Assembly: GCA_024103415.1 (NCBI GenBank)
Contig: JAGFIR010000015.1
Location: 9,261 to 73,260, forward strand
DNA from: Acidimicrobiales bacterium
GTDB taxonomy: Bacteria > Actinomycetota > Acidimicrobiia > Spongiisociales > ZC4RG35
Length of the DNA stretch: 64,000 nt
Reading direction: 5' to 3'
The position numbers and the translations under genes are program-made. Position 1 is the first letter of the stretch. The number at the start of each line of letters is the position of its first letter. Shown one piece after another: positions 57,671 to 64,000 of the stretch. The notes under the pieces were generated by a model. That model made no database searches. It was not told the origin of the DNA and was given only the letters and a program-made list of their open reading frames with translations.

Positions 57671-58929
57671 ATCAAGCCTCCTTCGAGGAAGCGCGCCAGG
57701 CCCGTCGACACGTGAGGCTCGAGACGCCGCATCAGTCGCTCCGGCGGAAGCGCCCCCGTCCACACCATCGGCGCCCCCATGCGCTCCCGCGCGAAGATCG
57801 GCTCGGTCGAGAAGTCGTCGTGGAGCGACGGCACCATCGCCCGGACTTCCACCGTCTCCCTGACGATCCTGGTGCCTGTCGGATCGGTTGCCCGGTCGAG
57901 ATGGACGACCAGGTCGATCGAGGAGGCGAACACCTTGCGGACGACTCGCTCCGGAACGTTCTCCCCCGCCATGAGCGCGGCGTTGACCAGAGCGTCGAGG
58001 GCGTCAGTCGCCGAGTTGGCGTGGATGGTGCAGGCCATCCCGCACCCCGCGTTGGCGGCGCGGGTCAACTCGAACGCCTCCGAACCCCGGACCTCCCCGA
58101 CCACGATCAGGTCAGGCCGCATTGCCAGGGTGACCTTGACGAGGTCGCGCAGGCTGATCTCATTTCCGCCGCCCATGGCCGGAGGCCGCGCCTCGTAATA
58201 GGAGCCGTGCACGAGAGGAACGTGGAGTTCCCGCACCTCCTCGCAGGCCCGGATGCAGTGGTCCGGCGGGACGGCGGCCATCAATGCCGAGAGAAACGAT
58301 GTCTTCCCCGAGCCCGGTGGCCCTGACACGATCACCGAGGCGGAGGCCCTCATCGCCGCTTCGAGGAAGTCCGCGGCGGGGCGGGTGAGGGAGCCCAGGG
58401 CCACCAGTTCATCGAGGGTCTGGCGTCTCAGTGCGTACTTGCGGACCGTTGCGGACAGGCGATCGGCGACCGGTGGTATCACGGCAGTCAGGCGCGCCGA
58501 GCCACCGAGGACCCGGGCCTGGGCGATCGGTGACGAGGCGTCCAGGCGACGATCGGTCTCGGAGACGAGACGCTGGATCACCTGACGGTTCTCTTCCTCG
58601 GTGACGGGGAATTCCGCGCTGCGGAGCGTCCCACCCGCCTCGAGGTAGGTGATCTTGTCGCCCTCTACGAAGACCTCCTCTATGGAGGGGTCTTCGAGAA
58701 GCTCCACGAGCGGTCCCCGACCTGTCACGGATCGGGCGAGCCGCTCCAGCGTGGCCCCGGGGTCGGCCAGGAGTCGAACCTCCCCCAGGTGCGCCCTCCG
58801 CTGGTAGTCGTCCACGGTGCGCCGCAGCAGCTCACGTGCAGCATCGGGATCGCGCGTCGGATCGATTCCCGTCCCGTCGATTCTCTCCAGAGCCTCCCGG
58901 CGGAGCACCTCGTACACGTCCTGTGTCAT
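57667..58929 (-). CDS. tadA: TadA/CpaF secretion ATPase
   Basis: 420 aa. Walker A SGPPGSGKTS, Asp box, and His box of the VirB11/CpaF family. Confidence 0.9.
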   Translation of the reverse strand: MTQDVYEVLRREALERIDGTGIDPTRDPDAARELLRRTVDDYQRRAHLGEVRLLADPGATLERLARSVTGRGPLVELLEDPSIEEVFVEGDKITYLEAGGTLRSAEFPVTEEENRQVIQRLVSETDRRLDASSPIAQARVLGGSARLTAVIPPVADRLSATVRKYALRRQTLDELVALGSLTRPAADFLEAAMRASASVIVSGPPGSGKTSFLSALMAAVPPDHCIRACEEVRELHVPLVHGSYYEARPPAMGGGNEISLRDLVKVTLAMRPDLIVVGEVRGSEAFELTRAANAGCGMACTIHANSATDALDALVNAALMAGENVPERVVRKVFASSIDLVVHLDRATDPTGTRIVRETVEVRAMVPSLHDDFSTEPIFARERMGAPMVWTGALPPERLMRRLEPHVSTGLARFLEGGLM

Positions 58930-60017
58930 GCCGTCACCGCCGATGCCACCAATCCGGCCATGCGACCGACCGCCGCCGCGAACCGTCCCCTAGTAACCGG
59001 TACGCCGTCCCAAGACCCGACCATGACCCGGTCGTCGTGCGGGACAACGGTCAGCGGCAGGTGTCCGAGGGCACCCTCGATCTCGTCCGTGAGCTCGCCC
59101 CGGTGAAAACGTCGCCGGGGGCATCGATTGACCACGACCACCAGCGAGACGCTCTCGGCCAGGGATGACCACCGTTGCGCCTGCCGGACGAGCCTCGTCA
59201 CGCCAACCGGATCCCCGGTGGCTACCAACACCAGCGAGTCGAACCACCCGAGCGGGCCGTCGCCCCATGAGCTCGCCTCGCCGAGGTCGGCGACGACCAC
59301 CCGGTTCCGTGACGCCAGGGTCTCGAGGGCCATCTCGATTTCGTGTGGGGGGAGTGTCTGCTGCCCCGGTTGGGCCAGGCCGGGCACCACCCGCAGCCGG
59401 TCGAGGGCGATCTCCACCTGCTCGTGGGAGTAGCCGTTGACCACCGTGTCGATGAGCGTCAGGAGATTCGGGTGCAGCGGAACATCGAGACGTTGCGCCA
59501 CACTTGGAGCGACCGGATCCAGGTCGACCAACACAGCTTCCACGGCTCTGGAGAGACTCCACGCGAGGCCTACAGCCACCTCGGTCGCGCCCACTCCGGC
59601 AGATACACCGATCACCCCGATCGTTCGTCCAGGGCGGGACGGCGTGATGGCTGCTGATACCGAGGCTTGCGCCATGGCCGTCGACTGCGCGAGGAATTCG
59701 TCACCTGTGGCGTCGGCCTCGATGACGTCGCCTACACCACACTCGAGGAGTCGTCTCTTGGCGTCCGGCCCGTCGTCCCTGTCGAAGACACCGAGCACCT
59801 GCTTCCCGCTGCATCGCAGACGTGTCACCAGTCCGGGGCTGAGGAACGAGCACACGTCGTCGATCAGCAAGATGTCGTAGGTGCCTTCCAGAGCCTGGGT
59901 GGCGGTGAGCACGCGGCCGGCGATTCGCGCTCCACCGTGATCGAGCACATGCCTGTGCAACCGGTCGGGCCAGTCCCTCGCCGAGGCTGCAAGCGCTAGC
60001 TCAACGACCTGTCCCAT
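58926..60017 (-). CDS. TadZ/CpaE-like pilus-assembly protein (receiver-like N-domain + degenerate ParA/MinD ATPase; Ssd-like)
   Basis: ParA-like VIGVIGVSAGVGATEVAVGLA deviant Walker A. Position between cpaB and tadA. Start chosen at ATG 60017. Confidence 0.65.
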   Translation of the reverse strand: MGQVVELALAASARDWPDRLHRHVLDHGGARIAGRVLTATQALEGTYDILLIDDVCSFLSPGLVTRLRCSGKQVLGVFDRDDGPDAKRRLLECGVGDVIEADATGDEFLAQSTAMAQASVSAAITPSRPGRTIGVIGVSAGVGATEVAVGLAWSLSRAVEAVLVDLDPVAPSVAQRLDVPLHPNLLTLIDTVVNGYSHEQVEIALDRLRVVPGLAQPGQQTLPPHEIEMALETLASRNRVVVADLGEASSWGDGPLGWFDSLVLVATGDPVGVTRLVRQAQRWSSLAESVSLVVVVNRCPRRRFHRGELTDEIEGALGHLPLTVVPHDDRVMVGSWDGVPVTRGRFAAAVGRMAGLVASAVTA

Positions 60018-60690
60018 CGGTGTCCCGTCCCACGGGTGGCGCGCCGGTGGAGCGCACCACATCGATCTTCCCGGCGGCCATCGCCTCCGCCAGGGCCAGG
60101 GCTTCGTCGGCGTCCACGGCGACCACCACGTGGTATCCGGTGCTACCCAGCGCCCCGGAGGCCTTCTCGGGCACCGCCACCACCTCGGCATCGGACACCA
60201 CGTAGGTGGCGACTCCGTCACGGACCGCGATCACATCGATGCGGTCTCCTGCCGCGAGCGTCCCGCCGGCGGCTCGCGACTCCTCGACCTCCAGACTCAT
60301 CACCCGCATTCCCGATCCCGAGTCCGGCGCCGCCAGGGATGCGCGATCTACGACCGACCCGGCGGGAAGGGCGCGGGTGACCACCGAACCGAAGCTGGCA
60401 TCGAGGTCGTCCTCGGTGATGAGCGTCGCCAGGCCCGGGAAGTCGGCGTCCGCCGACACCAACCGGATCACGTCCGGAACCAGGATCGACCCGGCAGCGA
60501 TGGGGCGATCGGCGACTGCGACCAAAGTGCTTGCGCCGCGGTCTCTCAGGGCGAGAATGTTGAGGACGAACGCCAGGACGACGGCGAGTGCAATGAGTAC
60601 GTGCGAGGCCGAGATCCGGCGTCGAGTGCGCCGGATCGTCGGCGGCGAGGTGCCCGCTTCCCTCGTGACGAGTGAGGGTCGTTGGCTCAA
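60001..60690 (-). CDS. cpaB: CpaB/RcpC-family Flp pilus assembly protein (SAF domain)
   Basis: 229 aa. N-terminal transmembrane anchor HVLIALAVVLAFVLNILAL; SAF-like body. First gene of the tad operon. Confidence 0.7.
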   Translation of the reverse strand: MSQRPSLVTREAGTSPPTIRRTRRRISASHVLIALAVVLAFVLNILALRDRGASTLVAVADRPIAAGSILVPDVIRLVSADADFPGLATLITEDDLDASFGSVVTRALPAGSVVDRASLAAPDSGSGMRVMSLEVEESRAAGGTLAAGDRIDVIAVRDGVATYVVSDAEVVAVPEKASGALGSTGYHVVVAVDADEALALAEAMAAGKIDVVRSTGAPPVGRDTDGTGR

Positions 60691-60740
60691 CGCTTCGAAC
60701 CTATCTCACGTTGTCCAACGGATGTCGAGAGCGCGAAAAG

Positions 60741-61271
60741 ATGACCTTCGAACAAGACCCTGATCTGACCGAGCTCCGTAACTCCCTGGGCCGGGAGATG
60801 GCCGAGGAGGCAGCCGAGGACGAGAGGCTGACCGCCGCCTACGACCGTCGCCGGTTCGACCTGGCGATGGTGGCCAAGGAGATGGTCAACCGGGGCTCCC
60901 GGGTCTCCGTGGTGTTCTCGGGTCACACCTTCAGCGGGCTGGTGGTCGGGGCCGGGCCGGACCACGTCACCGTCCAGGGCGCCGGTCAGATCGCCGACAT
61001 CCGCATCGACGCCGGGTTCTGGTCGATCCTCCCCGGGGCCGACCAGGGCGGGGGCAACGTCGCCGGCGAAGAGACGCTGACGGCGCGGCTTGCGGAGGCG
61101 GCCGACCGGGGCGGCATGGTCAGGCTGGCGCTGGCCGGTGGGGAAATCGTGATCGGCCGGGTCGACGTGGTCGCGAGTGACCACGTCGAGTTGGTCGATG
61201 CGGACGACCGGACGCTCTACGTGCCGGCCGGGCTGATCCTGGCGATCGTCAGGTCGTCTGAGAGTCAATGA
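60741..61271 (+). CDS. Hypothetical protein (176 aa), divergent from the tad operon
   Basis: Coding-like composition, preferred over the Arg/Pro-rich antisense ORF at 60687..61277. No recognised family. Confidence 0.4.
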   Translation: MTFEQDPDLTELRNSLGREMAEEAAEDERLTAAYDRRRFDLAMVAKEMVNRGSRVSVVFSGHTFSGLVVGAGPDHVTVQGAGQIADIRIDAGFWSILPGADQGGGNVAGEETLTARLAEAADRGGMVRLALAGGEIVIGRVDVVASDHVELVDADDRTLYVPAGLILAIVRSSESQ

Positions 61272-61476
61272 CCTCATCCTCGGCGTCTGACGCCGCAGGA
61301 TGGGCCCGGATGAACTCGTAGATCTCGTCGCGGAAGAACTTGAAGGTGCGACCGCCCGGAAGCTTGTAGGCGGGGAGCCTGCCCTCGCGGGCGTAGCGCC
61401 GGACCATCTGAACGTTCATGCCCAGAAGCTCTGCCACCTGGGCTGCGTCGAGAATCGGCGGGTAGTCCTCAGCCAT
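61249..61476 (-). CDS. Excisionase-family / BldC-like small helix-turn-helix DNA-binding protein
   Basis: 75 aa. LDAAQVAELLGMNVQMVRRYAREGRLPAYKLPGGRTFKFFRDEI is the MerR-like winged helix-turn-helix typical of excisionase-family / BldC proteins. Confidence 0.65.
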   Translation of the reverse strand: MAEDYPPILDAAQVAELLGMNVQMVRRYAREGRLPAYKLPGGRTFKFFRDEIYEFIRAHPAASDAEDEVIDSQTT

Positions 61477-61574
61477 GAGTCATCCTTCTTTCGTGTCGCG
61501 ATCGTAAGGCTTTCTCAGCGGTAGTAGAAGAGGGTTGTCGTCCACCTCTCATCCGGATTTCCCGGCGGATCGGG

Positions 61575-61847
61575 TCACCCGCCGGTCGTGGAAGTCGTCT
61601 CGGGAACCGTTGTCGAGGTCGGCTCCGGCAGAGTCGTCGTCGCATCCGGGAGGGTGGTGCCCCCGCCGGGCAGGGTCGTCTCCGTCGTCCCGCCGGGAGT
61701 GGTCGTGTCGCTCGAGTTCCGGTCCGGGTTGAGCACCCAGGCGATAAACACGATGACGAGCACGATGAGCACGCCCGTTATGACATAGCCCAGGTACGGC
61801 GACCGGGGCGGCGGCTCGGGCACGGGTTGATAAGGATCGTGTGTCAT
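61575..61847 (-). CDS. Small single-pass membrane protein with Thr/Pro/Gly-rich extracytoplasmic tail
   Basis: About 90 aa. Pro-rich N-terminus, transmembrane helix YVITGVLIVLVIVFIAWVL, then a T/G/P-rich tail. Divergent from the ECF sigma gene. Confidence 0.4.
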   Translation of the reverse strand: MTHDPYQPVPEPPPRSPYLGYVITGVLIVLVIVFIAWVLNPDRNSSDTTTPGGTTETTLPGGGTTLPDATTTLPEPTSTTVPETTSTTGG

Positions 61848-61931
61848 GGTTGAGAGCCTTCTGTAGGTAGACAACCGCGTGTACCCGCCTGGGGCGCCCC
61901 GGGAAACCCCTGTAATCCGAAACGGCGCGGT

Positions 61932-62498
61932 GTGCGTGTTGAGTACGAGATGACAGCACCACCGCATACGAGGAGAACCGTCATCCCGAGAACACGGCAA
62001 GGCGCGATCCCTTTCGAGCCCTTCTACCGGAGGGAGTACCACCACATCGTGGCGGTCGCGCGAGCGTTCTCACCGGACCGGTCGGCAGCCGAAGACCTCG
62101 CTCAGGAGGCGTTCGCGGCCGCTCACCGGAACTGGGACCGGGTCTCCCGATACGAGGACCCGCGCGCCTGGGTGCGCCGGGTACTGATCAACAAGGCGAC
62201 GTCGCTACGTCGTCGGCTCGGAGCCGAGAGACGGGCGATCCAGAAGGCAGGACACGACCCCCGACGAGGTGTCGTCAACGACCTGAGCCTCCCCACCGAA
62301 GAGGTGTGGAACGAGGTGCGGGCCCTGCCCCGTCGCCAGCAGCAAGCAGTCGTCCTCCACTACGTGGGGCAATTGACCACCGACGAGATCGCCGACGCGA
62401 TGGGCTGCTCAGCCGGGGCGGTGAAGAGCCACCTGCACCGAGCCCGCCTGGTGCTCAAGGACCGACTCGCCGATTGGAACAGGAGTGATCATGAGTGA
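61932..62498 (+). CDS. ECF (sigma-70 family group 4) RNA polymerase sigma factor
   Basis: Region 2 (EDLAQEAFAAAHRNWDRVSRYEDPRAWVRRVLINKA) and region 4 helix-turn-helix (LTTDEIADAMGCSAGAVKSHLHRAR). Confidence 0.85.
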   Translation: MRVEYEMTAPPHTRRTVIPRTRQGAIPFEPFYRREYHHIVAVARAFSPDRSAAEDLAQEAFAAAHRNWDRVSRYEDPRAWVRRVLINKATSLRRRLGAERRAIQKAGHDPRRGVVNDLSLPTEEVWNEVRALPRRQQQAVVLHYVGQLTTDEIADAMGCSAGAVKSHLHRARLVLKDRLADWNRSDHE

Positions 62499-63228
62499 CT
62501 TCGACGCACTCGAGAACAGATTGACCAAGGCCGCGGAGGAAGTCCGCCAGGCCAGCAGGACCGTCACGCCGCCGCCGGCCCCGGGCACCAGGCCCCGAGC
62601 CGTGCCGGCCGCCAAGGGGTGGCTGGTGTTCGCCGGCGCCTTCGCCCTGGTGGCGCTGGCGATCGGTGTGCTCCCCCTCTTCGACCGGGGAACCGGCGCC
62701 CCCGTGGCGTCGCCTTCCACCACCGTGCCGGTGGAGCCCCCGAGCACCGACGCCCCCGTCGCGGAGTGCTCGGCGACAGGTGTGCCGGCACCGGGCGCCC
62801 AGGAAGGTCTGCCCGAGAACGTCGCGGCCAAGCGCCAGGCGATCATCGACGCCGCAGTGGCGTGCGACTTCGGGGCTCTCGAGGCGCTGGCCCCGGAGAA
62901 CTTCATCACCCACTTCGGTGGTGGCCGGTTCGACCAGCTCGTCGAGTGGGAGAACGACGGTGAAGGGAAGCTCGGGATCCTCCTCCAGATCCTCGGCATG
63001 TCCCACGGCGTCCAGGAGACCGGCGACGGCGCCACCTACTACGTGTGGCCGGGCGCATTCGCCGCCGACACCTGGGACGACATCACCGACGAGCAGATGG
63101 CCGAGATCCGTCAGCTGCACACGCAGCAGGAACTCGACGACATGCGTCAGCACTTCGACGGATACGCCGGGTGGCGGACGGGGATCCGCGCCGACGGCAC
63201 CTGGCACTACTTCGTCGCCGGCGACTGA
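62491..63228 (+). CDS. Putative anti-sigma factor: single-pass membrane protein with extracytoplasmic domain
   Basis: Overlaps the sigma gene 3' end. Cytoplasmic N-terminal helix, transmembrane segment GWLVFAGAFALVALAIGVL, Pro/Thr linker, and about 140-aa C-terminal domain. Confidence 0.5.
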   Translation: MSDFDALENRLTKAAEEVRQASRTVTPPPAPGTRPRAVPAAKGWLVFAGAFALVALAIGVLPLFDRGTGAPVASPSTTVPVEPPSTDAPVAECSATGVPAPGAQEGLPENVAAKRQAIIDAAVACDFGALEALAPENFITHFGGGRFDQLVEWENDGEGKLGILLQILGMSHGVQETGDGATYYVWPGAFAADTWDDITDEQMAEIRQLHTQQELDDMRQHFDGYAGWRTGIRADGTWHYFVAGD

Positions 63229-63267
63229 TCCCGCCGCCTGCGACGCGCCCCCTCACCCCTTCTGGAC

Positions 63268-63299
63268 ACTCCCCCGTGCGTCGCATGGGGGAGAAGTCC
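63268..63299. repeat. REP-like palindromic hairpin (CTCCCCCGTGCG-T-CGCATGGGGGAG, then AAGTCC) between convergent genes
   Basis: Shares the arms ACTCCCCCGT and GGGGGAGAARTCC with the copies at 405-443 and 19097-19139. Lies 40 bp after the anti-sigma gene stop and 30 bp before the trkA-like stop. Confidence 0.55.
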
Positions 63300-63328
63300 T
63301 GGAGAAGACTGATCTAGCCGGCGACTGA

Positions 63329-64000
63329 TCAGGCCGGCGAAGGAGCGGGGTCGATCCCGAGAACGGGGTCGGCCCCATCCCTAGTCCTCTTCTCCTCCAC
63401 GACCGGCTCCATCGAGCCCAGCTCGTAGGCCAGGACCACGAGCTCGTCGCCCGCCTCCATCCTGAATCCGTGCGGCGGGTTGGCCACCGTGCTGTTGCCG
63501 CGGGCCACCGCCATGACGGTGGCGTGGTGATCACTGCGCATCAGGGTGGCCAGCTCCGCGGTCGACATCCCCACCGCTTCCTCCGGCATCCGCACCCGAT
63601 AGAGCTGCGGGTCGTCCGGGTTGCCGGCACCGCCGACGATGTCGGTCACCAGTTCGGCCAGACCCGGGTACAGCGCCGATCTGGCCAGGAGCCGGGACGA
63701 CAGCTTCGAGGTGACCAGCAGCTCGTCGACGTTGGCCCGGCGGAAGTGGGGGACGTTGGCCGGGTTGTTCACCTCGACCACCGTCCGCACCTGCGGGGCG
63801 AGCGTCTCGATGGCGAGGACGGTGAGGATGGAGTGGATGTCGGCCTCGTTCGAGGAGTCGGACGGGCAGACGATGGCGGCTCGGGCCTGCTCGATCCCGG
63901 CCCGCTTCAGATCCTCCTCGGAGGTGGTCTCACCCCTCACGAAGTACGCCTTGTCGGTGGGTGCCTTCTCCGCATCGTGGATGACCACGATCCGGGTGGT
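63329..64000 (-). CDS. TrkA/RCK-domain K+ transport/channel protein, 3' portion (5' end beyond window edge)
   Basis: RCK_N-like VIHDAEKAPTDKAYFVRG...VVEVNNPANV and C-terminal TrkA_C-like domain. The frame remains open to base 64000. Confidence 0.65.
   Translation of the reverse strand, partial: TTRIVVIHDAEKAPTDKAYFVRGETTSEEDLKRAGIEQARAAIVCPSDSSNEADIHSILTVLAIETLAPQVRTVVEVNNPANVPHFRRANVDELLVTSKLSSRLLARSALYPGLAELVTDIVGGAGNPDDPQLYRVRMPEEAVGMSTAELATLMRSDHHATVMAVARGNSTVANPPHGFRMEAGDELVVLAYELGSMEPVVEEKRTRDGADPVLGIDPAPSPA

Noticed and set aside
60687-61277. 196-aa minus-strand ORF versus the plus-strand ORF at 60741-61271
   Set aside because: The minus-strand translation is Arg/Pro/Gly/Asp-rich low complexity. 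The plus-strand frame has balanced composition and normal codon bias, so it is preferred, although it remains a hypothetical protein.
61249-61476. Excisionase-family helix-turn-helix gene as a possible marker of a prophage or integrative element
   Set aside because: There is no integrase, recombinase, phage structural genes, att-like direct repeats or tRNA integration site nearby. The neighbours are core genes (tad locus, ECF sigma). Small BldC-like helix-turn-helix proteins are common stand-alone regulators in Actinomycetota.
61880-61950. Possible autoregulated ECF-type promoter (GGAAAC ... GTT) upstream of the sigma factor gene
   Set aside because: A GGAAAC -35-like motif is present, but no properly spaced CGTT/GTT -10 element could be aligned. 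This is not supportable without a motif model.

Overview
This is a high-GC, gene-dense, core-like chromosomal window from an Actinomycetota-type genome. The phylum is inferred from the men genes, ino1, cofC, DUF4032, and a tad locus in the same gene order as Mycobacterium tuberculosis Rv3654c-Rv3660c. Nearly all sequence is coding. Many long antisense 'shadow' ORFs in the six-frame track are GC artefacts and were rejected.

Main content, in order along the window:
- An APH-like 3' gene fragment at the left edge.
- A cobalamin-riboswitch-controlled btuF/btuC/btuD-cobO operon.
- An htrA-like protease.
- An alpha-glucoside utilisation cluster: MsiK-like ATPase, GH13 alpha-glucosidase, a GDE_C amylo-alpha-1,6-glucosidase-family protein, MalF/MalG-like permeases and a lipoprotein solute-binding protein.
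- A DUF4032 kinase-like protein, sensor kinase and OmpR-type regulator in one operon, with a divergent trio (small protein, GlsB/YeaQ membrane protein, M15 lipoprotein peptidase).
- A PNP/AMP-nucleosidase-like phosphorylase.
- A solitary sufB.
- An M23 peptidase, then ino1-arfB-O-methyltransferase-MFS.
- menE / menB-menA.
- Two lipoproteins (one a tandem META/HslJ type) and a 985-aa secreted S8 subtilase.
- ppdK, a short MeaB-like GTPase, a NifU-like protein, murA, rpiB, and a TlpA/DsbB pair.
- gltX followed by tRNA-Glu(TTC), then a FAH-family hydratase, ilvE, pgpA, a universal stress protein, cofC translationally coupled to a MOFRL glycerate-kinase-family gene, and an SDR.
- A DUF2332 protein, a zinc-ribbon RNase HI next to a separate tandem histidine phosphatase, and a membrane pyrophosphatase.
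- tRNA-Glu(CTC) and tRNA-Gln(CTG), a cupin, pdxH.
- A complete Gram-positive tad/flp pilus locus: cpaB-tadZ-tadA-tadB-tadC-flp-tadE-tadE-tadG.
- A BldC-like helix-turn-helix protein, an ECF sigma / anti-sigma pair, and a partial TrkA/RCK gene at the right edge.

I found no CRISPR array, transposase, integrase, prophage block or obvious defense island. By eye I could not identify a convincing novel multi-gene system. The observations most worth a second look are:
- a family of conserved palindromic REP-like hairpins at three convergent-gene junctions, with compensatory stem changes, one of them inside a 212-bp MITE-like element bounded by 24-bp inverted repeats;
- a well-formed B12 riboswitch with a Shine-Dalgarno-sequestering switch;
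- the cofC and MOFRL-kinase coupling;
- the unfused RNase HI plus double histidine phosphatase;
- the DUF4032 gene sharing an operon with the two-component system.

All calls rest on reading the sequence and on motif recall. I ran no database searches and computed no statistics.
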